Below the pieces are notes generated by a model, which was not told the DNA's origin, made no database searches, and saw nothing but the letters and a program-made list of their open reading frames with translations. A stretch of 63,656 nt of DNA, filler included, from Tortispora ganteri (Eukaryota): assembly GCA_003707115.1 (NCBI GenBank). It is 14 parts of 14 records of this genome, joined end to end, with 100 filler letters (N's around TTAATTAATTAA, not from the genome) between each part and the next. Parts side by side here need not be neighbours in the genome. Positions count along the whole stretch, not along the records: positions 53,307 to 57,733 come from PPNB01000080.1; positions 57,834 to 62,260 come from PPNB01000081.1; positions 62,361 to 63,656 come from PPNB01000121.1; 11 more parts are not named here. One strand, given 5' to 3'. Position numbers and translations under genes: made by a program. This document shows positions 56,301 to 63,656 of this stretch, in pieces (the first letter of the stretch is position 1; each line of letters begins with the position of its first letter).

Positions 56301-57514
56301 CTGATCGCTACAAGACATGGTTTGTTTGCGGATTCAACAGTTAACGGACCAGAATTTTGGTTTGATAGGGCCTCTTTAAGGCGACGACAATCTTGAGCAG
56401 AATGACCCTGTTTGGAGCAGTAAATGCAGGTAATAGGACCAGCAGTGTTCCGATTGAAGCGTCCACTTTTCGATCCTTTCTTCTTGTTGTTCTTGGACAA
56501 TTTTTGAGAGTATTCAGATTTATGTCCATGAAGCACAAGAGGCTTGGAGATTGCTGAATTTCCGTAGTTTTGATTGAACTTCGCATATCGGAGATATCTA
56601 TCAGCGATCGACTGAGCAGAAGGTAGAGGTTCATTCTTCCTGGCAGCTTCTTTCAATTCTTCAGTCATAGTAGTAACTATGCCTGACTCAGGTATGTTTG
56701 TTGGCAGGATTTGTAAGAAGTGAGCGAGAACAGCATAGTTGAGAGAAGGGTCAAGAATGTCAATTCTTTCAGCCATCCTAACGTATTTTTCCACTGCTTC
56801 ATCCACCGCAATTCGAGTAGTGTTAGAGTGGTCAATCTTATAGCTTATGGCTTGATGGAGTAAGTCATCAGCAACTTGGCCACTTGAGGCATAAGCATTT
56901 AGGTATGCTCTTTCCATGATTTGGCACAAAGTTGGAGCAGTATGCTTTCCATCTGCGCCTAGATAATCAACATATTCAGGATTGCCAGCCAAATTGTGTT
57001 GAATTTTCCTTAGAGAGTCTGGAGTGACAATTGCCAAAAGAACTAATTTGGCTTGATTATGTTCAACAAATCGCCAATGTCTTGGAAGTCTTAGGCCCGT
57101 AGTACTAAAGACTGAGTGTTCTTCCAGGTAAGGTTCCTCTTTTATCCAACGGGAAATCTTTAAAGGATGTTGGCTTGAGTTAGCACTGCCAAGTATGTTT
57201 GACAGCAAAAACTTGACATCGCTATAGGATTCAGCATCTAAGACATATTTCTTCTGAATGCCCTGAAGAGCAGTTTGAAATGTGCTTCTGATTGAGCTGG
57301 CTAACTTCTCAGCGTTGATGCTTTCAAGAATCCTTATTTCCTCGGAGTTGTTAGACAGATCATGAATTTCTTCATGAGTTAACAAGGTACGTTCAGAAGG
57401 TCGTGAAGTTTCTTCAAGAACCTCAGAGGCTTCTGGAATATTAATGTCATTGTTTGTTCCAGTTGGAACTTCACTTTGAATAGTGCGACGAGCGCGTCCT
57501 CGAGTTTCTGTCAT
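53307..57514 (-). CDS. Gag-Pol polyprotein (Gag CCHC, protease, integrase, RT, RNase H), 3' truncated
   Basis: CIYCSKQGHSAQDC; WILDSGAS; WHARYGH..CVAC; HVDTCGP/RADNGTE/NGAAER; KARLVAKGF, LYGLKQA, YVDD; GYADAS, AEYVA, YEDNQAC; PR-IN-RT order. Confidence 0.97.
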
Positions 57515-57517
57515 TGA

Positions 57518-57535
57518 AGCTTTCGGCTTTTAACC
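57518..57535 (-). other. Primer-binding site complementary to the anticodon arm of tRNA-Lys(UUU); also 62045..62062
   Basis: Minus strand CAACA|GGTTAAAAGCCGAAAGCT; + strand AGCTTTCGGCTTTTAACC versus yeast tRNA-Lys(UUU) ...AGCGTTCGGCTTTTAACC... (recalled from memory). Confidence 0.8.
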
Positions 57536-57833
57536 TGTTGGAGAACTACCTGGATTAGGGTAGTGTAGCTTAGGGTTTAGAGCGCAATGAACAGAAACTA
57601 CGTGATAGTACGTTAAGTATTAGAAAGAGGGAAACCTTGACCTATTACGAGTCTGGGCTAAAACCCTCTGATAGTACGATATTCGAATGTCGTAGAGTGA
57701 GTTATTGTTGAGTCTTCAGGAACCTGTAGTTGCNNNNNNNNNNNNNNNNNNNNNNNNNNNNNNNNNNNNNNNNNNNNTTAATTAATTAANNNNNNNNNNN
57801 NNNNNNNNNNNNNNNNNNNNNNNNNNNNNNNNN

Positions 57834-60800
57834 GAACGAGTGAAGTCTCCTTTGATTGCTGCAATGCATGCTTGATTATCTTCGTAAAGTGCAACGCCTT
57901 CAGGATGCTGTATCCCTATTTCTGATAGCTTTCGTTTAAGATAAACGGCTTCAACGGCGGCAGAAGATATAGCAACGTATTCTGCATGCGCTGTGGCAAG
58001 TGCAGTTACTTTTTGCTTGACTGAGGCCCAAGAGATGGGGCCACCAGCTTGAATTAGAACCCAGCCTGTGGTTGATTTGCAATCCGTGCGATTTTGATAA
58101 CTGGCATCAGCATATCCATGTATGTGCTCATCAGCTCCATACTTGTAGAGTATACCTTGGTCTTTTGTATATTTGAGATATTGAAAGATTCGTTTGACGG
58201 CATTCCAGTGTGCCTTGGTAGGACAAGTGGAAAAAGATGCTAGAGCATTCACAGAAAATGCTATATCAGGACGAGTGAGATTTGCAAGAAACATCAGCGT
58301 CCCTATTGCACTTCTGAACTCATTGAAGTCCTCATTTGGTTGAGGTTTTGTAATGATGTCCAGTCCTACAGCCATTGGAGTAAATTTCTCAGCAGCGTCA
58401 GTTAATTCGAATCTGGCCAGTGCTCGTTCTATGAAGAAACTTTGAGATATATGAATACCTTCGTCAGTGTGTTTGACGTTGAGGCTCAGAAACGAGGAAA
58501 TTGGTTGTTGAATTGATGCAGTATACTTAGAGTTTAATTGATGATGAAATTCAAGGATTAAATCCTCAGATTCTGCAATGACTGCAATATCATCAACATA
58601 AATCGCAAGCATAATGTTCTTTTTATAAAAGAAGCAATCATCATAAGTGTTCTGAGTAAAACCCAGTTCTTTGATGGTTTCAACTAAAGTTTCATTCCAG
58701 CGTCTTGGAGCCTGTTTGAGACCATATAGAGTTTTCTTGAGTTTGCAGACTCTGTCTGTTCCGTCTTCGAACCCTTGAGGTTGTTTCATATAAACATTTT
58801 CTTCTAGTTTAGCATTGAGAAAGGCTGTCTCGACGTCAATTTGTGCAGTGTACCAATTTCTGGAGGCAGCAATTGCAAGGAGCATCCGTACCATAGTGTA
58901 GGAGGCCACGCTTGCATAAACTTCGTCGAAATTCAGTCCTTTTATTTGCTGAAAACCTTTTGCAACGAGTCTAGCTTTGAACTTGTCAAAGACACCTTCA
59001 GCTGTCTCTTTGACTCTGAAGACCCACATGTTATCAATTGGTTTGATGCCTGGTGGGCATTTGACCAGTTCCCATGTTCCTTTTTCGATTAGGGAAGTTA
59101 ATTCGGAGTTGCATGCCTCATTCCATTTATCTTTGAGCAAAGATTTTTGAGCTTGGACGATGGACTTAGGCGGGTCAGTTACTTCAGGTAACAAAAGGTA
59201 CTCATCGACTGCGACCTTGTTTGAAGCTGAATTTGTAGTTCTTCCTTTCTGAGAGTAGGTAAGATATATTGATTCGGTCGATAATTTGCCAATTTTTGGC
59301 AGTTTGGACTTTCGAATCATCAAAGCTCCTACTTCGTTGATTCTCCCTCGCTTTGGTGATGCGGGAGGAGATAGGCCGATGTTGGTGGGTGCAGGCAGAA
59401 TTCGTAGATACTCCCTCGAACTTGAGATGTCAGTATTAAACCAAGTGACAGCAGAGGATGCTGTATAAAAGATCCTATGCTGAGTAGCACTGTTAAAGAA
59501 TTCCATGCCGGGGAAGACAGATTCAGAGAATTTGGCCAGTATACCTAGGAAGGTACGACCATCAGGGGAGATAAACAGGTAACCTTTTATAGTGTTGTGA
59601 TACCCGAGAAAGATACCAGGTATCGCATGAGGTCCAAACTTCGTTTTGCTCCTATTTGGGGGAGTAACATAGGCCAGACATCCAAATGGATGAAGAAAAC
59701 CTGGATGTTGTTTTCGACCAAACATTCCTTCCAAAGGAGACATATCATTTGGTAGATTACCGAAGCTTATTCTGTTATGAGTATCGGTTACAAACTTAAG
59801 GGCATCAGGCCAAAAAGTCTGAGATAATCCTGATTGAACTAGTACCGTTCGAGTAACATCCGTCATGGTTTGGATAGCACGTTCAGCAGCTCCATTCTGC
59901 TGAGGAGTACCAGGAAGGGAATTCTGAATGACACCTCCTTCAATATTCACAAATTCTTCAAGAGTGTGATTGATAATTTCAGTTCCGTTGTCGGCGCGAA
60001 TTATCTGAAGAGGTTTTCCTGTGAGGTTGATGCACGATTTTAACCAACTAACGAGCTTTTCAGAAAGATTAGCTTTGGTCGGGGATGGAAATACCGTAGT
60101 AAAATGTGTATAATCATCTCTAACGAGAAGAAAATACCGTTCACCTTCACGTCCGATTGGTCTAACTGGACCACAGGTGTCAACATGGACAATACCAAGA
60201 GGTCCAGTAGCACGATTCGGGGACGAAGTGAAGGAGTGTCTTATGCGTTTGCCTTCATTGCATGCAACACAGTCCTGACTGTTAAGCCGTGAATCGATCT
60301 GATTGTGTTTCAGAGTACGGTTCACAAGATCATCACCGAAGTGACCGTAGCGAGCATGCCAATCTTTCATAGATGCATTGGCAATAACTGCATAAGTGCC
60401 TATACTAAGTGGTAGGCTAGGATCATTTGATGTCGACATAGTCAGAATAGGAAGACTTGACTCTTGATCATAGCTCCCTCCAAAGGTAAAACCACTTGGA
60501 TAGGTTACATTCCAAGAATCTTTTCCAAACTGAACACGAGCATCATCTTGAGTTAGTCTGCTCACAGAGATAATGTTAATATTTCCTAACTCAGGAAAGA
60601 TACGAACCCCTGTAAGTTTTAGAGTTCGGCCGCCGTGGAGTGCAAGTGATGTCGAACCAACTAGGTCTGAGTATGTGTTGTATCCTCCAAACTGCATGTT
60701 AATACCGTTTGAACGATCAATTATTTCAAAGCATTGGCCACCACTTACGTGAGCAGAGGCACCACTGTCAAGAATCCAAACATTTCCAGAAGAAATTGTT

Positions 60801-62041
60801 GTAGGCTTGACCGAAGCATTGAGTGTGCTGATCGCCACAAGACATGGTTTGTTTGCGGATTCAACAGTTAACGGACCAGAATTTTGGTTTGATAGGGCCT
60901 CTTTGAGGCGACGACAATCTTGAGCAGAATGACCCTGTTTGGAGCAGTAAATGCAGGTAATAGGACCAGCAGTGTTCCGATTGAAGCGACCACTTTTAAA
61001 TCCTTTCTTCTTGTTGTTCTTGGACAATTTTTGAGAGTATTCAGATTTATGTCCATGAAGCACAAGAGGCTTGGAGATTGCTGAATTTCCGTAGTTTTGA
61101 TTGAACTTCGCATATCGGAGATATCTGTCAGCGATCGACTGAACAGAAGGTAGAGGTTCATTCTTCCTGGAAGCTTCTTTCAATTCTTCAGTCATAGTAG
61201 TGACTATGCCTGACTCAGGTATGTTTGTTGGCAGGATTTGCAAGAAGTGAGCGAGAACAGCATAGTTGAGAGAAGGGTCAAGAATGTCAATTCTTTCAGC
61301 CATCCTAACGTATTTTTCCACTGCTTCATCCACCGCAATTCGAGTAGTGTTAGAGTGGTCAATCTTATAGCTTATGGCTTGATGGAGTAAGTCATCAGCA
61401 ACTTGGCCACTTGAGGCATAAGCATTCAGGTATGCTCTTTCCATGATTTGGCACAAAGTTGGAGCAGTATGCTTTCCATCTGCGCCTAGATAATCAACAT
61501 ATTCAGGATTTCCAGCCAAATTGTGTTGAATTTTCCTTAGAGAGTCTGGAGTGACAATTGCCAAAAGAACTAATTTGGCTTGATTATGTTCAACAAATCG
61601 CCAATGTCTTGGAAGTCTTAGGCCCGTAGTACTAAAGACTGAGTGTTCTTCCAGGTAAGGTTCCTCTTTTATCCAACGGGAAATTCTTAAAGGATGTTGG
61701 CTTGAGTTAGCACTGCCAAGTATGTTTGACAGCAAAAACTTGACATCGCTATAGGATTCAGCATCTAAGACATATTTCTTCTGAATGCCCTGAAGAGCAG
61801 TTTGAAATGTGCTTCTGATTGAGCTGGCTAACTTCTCAGCGTTGATGCTTTCAAGAATCCTTATTGCCTCGGAGTTGTTAGACAGATCATGAATTTCTTC
61901 ATGAGTTAACAAGGTACGTTCAGAAGGTCGTGAGGTTTCTTCAAGAACCTCAGAGGCTTCTGGAATATTAATGTCATTGTTTGTTCCAGTTGGAACTTCA
62001 CTTTGAATAGTGCGACGAGCGCGTCCTCGAGTTTCTGTCAT
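57834..62041 (-). CDS. Gag-Pol polyprotein, copy 2, 3' truncated
   Basis: Uninterrupted ORF; about 14 amino-acid differences from copy 1. Confidence 0.97.
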
Positions 62042-62260
62042 TGAAGCTTTCGGCTTTTAACCTGTTGGAGAACTACCTGGATTAGGGTAGTGTAGCTTAG
62101 GGTTTAGAGCGCAATGAACAGAAACTACGTGATAGTACGTTAAGTATTAGAAAGAGGGAAACCTTGACCTATTATGAGTCTGGGCTAAAACCCTCTGATA
62201 GTACGATATTCGAATGTCGTAGAGTGAGTTGTTGTTGAGTCTTCAGGAACCTGTAGTTGC
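57834..62260 (-). mobile_element. Ty1/copia retrotransposon, copy 2 (partial 5' LTR 62063..62260)
   Basis: Same length and breakpoints as copy 1; scattered substitutions. Confidence 0.96.
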
Positions 62261-62362
62261 NNNNNNNNNNNNNNNNNNNNNNNNNNNNNNNNNNNNNNNN
62301 NNNNTTAATTAATTAANNNNNNNNNNNNNNNNNNNNNNNNNNNNNNNNNNNNNNNNNNNNGT

Positions 62363-63656
62363 TCAGCATCCTCTGGTTCAGCATCCTCTGGCTCAGCATC
62401 CTCTGGCTCAGCATCCTCTGGCTCTGTCTCCTCTGGTTCAGCTTCTTCTGGCTCTGCCTCGTCTGGCTCTACCTCGTCTGTAGTGTCATCGTCTGGATCA
62501 TTGTCTTCTGGCTCTGCCTCGTCTGGATCTGCCTCGTCTGGATCGTTGTCTTCTGGATCAGCGTCGTCTGGCTCTGCCTCGTCTGGATCGTTGTCTTCTG
62601 GATCGTTATCGTCTGGCTCTGCGTCGTCTAACTCAGCGTCGTCTAACTCAGCGTCGTCTAATTCAGCGTCGTCTAATTCAGCGTCGTCTGGATCATTGTC
62701 TTCTGGCTCAGCCTCGTCTGGCTCTGCCTCGTCTGGATCTGCGTCGTCTAACTCAGCGTCGTCTAATTCAGCGTCGTCTAACTCAGCATCGTCTAACTCA
62801 GCTTCCTCTGGCTCTGCCTCGTCTGACTCAGCGTCATCCTCTGGCTCTACCTCGTCTGTAGTGTCATCCTCTGGCTCTACCTCGTCTGGCTCTACGTCTT
62901 CTGGTTCAGCTTCGTCTGGCTCTGCCTCGTCTGGCTCTGCCTCGTCTGGCTCTACCTCGTCTGTAGTGTCATCGTCTGGCTCAGCTTCCTCTGGCTCTGC
63001 CTCGTCTGGATCTGCCTCGTCTGGCTCTGCCTCGTCTGGATCTGCCTCGTCTGGATCGTTGTCTTCTGGCTCTGCCTCGTCTGGCTCTACCTCGTCTGTA
63101 GTGTCATCCTCTGGCTCTGCCTCCTCTGGTTCAGCTTCCTCTGGCTCTGCCTCGTCTGGTTCAGCATCCTCTGGTTCAGCATCCTCTGGTTCAGCATCCT
63201 CTGGTTCAGCTTCCTCTGGCTCTGCCTCGTCTGGTTCAGCATCCTCTGGTTCAGCATCCTCTGGTTCAGCATCCTCTGGTTCAGCATCCTCTGGCTCAGC
63301 ATCCTCTGGCTCAGCATCCTCTGGCTCTGTCTCCTCTGGTTCAGCTTCTTCTGGCTCTGCCTCGTCTGGCTCTACCTCGTCTGTAGTGTCATCGTCTGGA
63401 TCAGCGTCGTCTGGCTCAGCTTCGTCTGGCTCAGCTTCGTCTGTAGTGTCATCCTCTGGCTCTGCCTCGTCTGACTCAGCGTCATCCTCTGGCTCTGCCT
63501 CGTCTGGATCAGCGTCGTCTAACTCAGCATCCTCTGGCTCTGTCTCCTCTGGTTCAGCATCCTCTGGTTCAGCATCCTCTGGTTCAGCTTCCTCTGGCTC
63601 TGCCTCGTCTGGTTCAGCATCCTCTGGTTCAGCATCCTCTGGTTCAGCATCCTCTA
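62363..63656 (+). repeat. 15-bp coding minisatellite (SSGSA)n, open reading frame throughout; internal stalk of a family gene
   Basis: tca gca tcc tct ggt units; same unit types as 34719-36300 on the opposite strand. Confidence 0.9.

Larger units (their letters stand above)
53307..57733 (-). mobile_element. Ty1/copia (Ty5/hemivirus-like) LTR retrotransposon, copy 1; both ends cut by contig edges
   Basis: Partial 5' LTR 57536..57733 ending ...CAACA, then PBS, then a single gag-pol ORF. Confidence 0.96.

Overview
This window is not one locus. It is 14 small fungal contigs joined by 100-nt N-TTAATTAATTAA-N linkers and sorted by decreasing length (5036 down to 4427 nt for the complete ones). The source looks like an intron-poor, standard-code budding yeast, and several contigs look like haplotype or paralog pairs (5/6, 10/11, 12/13). 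Most contigs are pieces of a head-to-tail tandem array of an unusual adhesin/flocculin-like family. Its architecture is a Cys-rich N-domain, a PA14/GLEYA-like domain with a KR site, a Ser-rich minisatellite stalk of variable type and length, and a second C-terminal PA14/GLEYA-like domain, with no GPI or TM anchor. The most striking signal is the C-terminal domain, which has a fixed scaffold and four hypervariable patches. Between two otherwise ~99% identical copies it carries 25 amino-acid-changing versus 2 silent codon differences by my manual count, and patches are shuffled between paralogs. No copy has an ATG-initiated signal peptide; only a frame-broken or TTG-led relic is present. Together this suggests a diversifying recognition-protein repertoire, possibly cassette-like. 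Also present are two Ty1/copia elements with uninterrupted single ORFs whose PBS matches the anticodon arm of tRNA-Lys(UUU) (half-tRNA priming), PRP19, two JEN-family carboxylate transporter copies, the 5' end of IRC3, and several pseudogene relics. All domain calls come from motif recognition by eye, not database searches.
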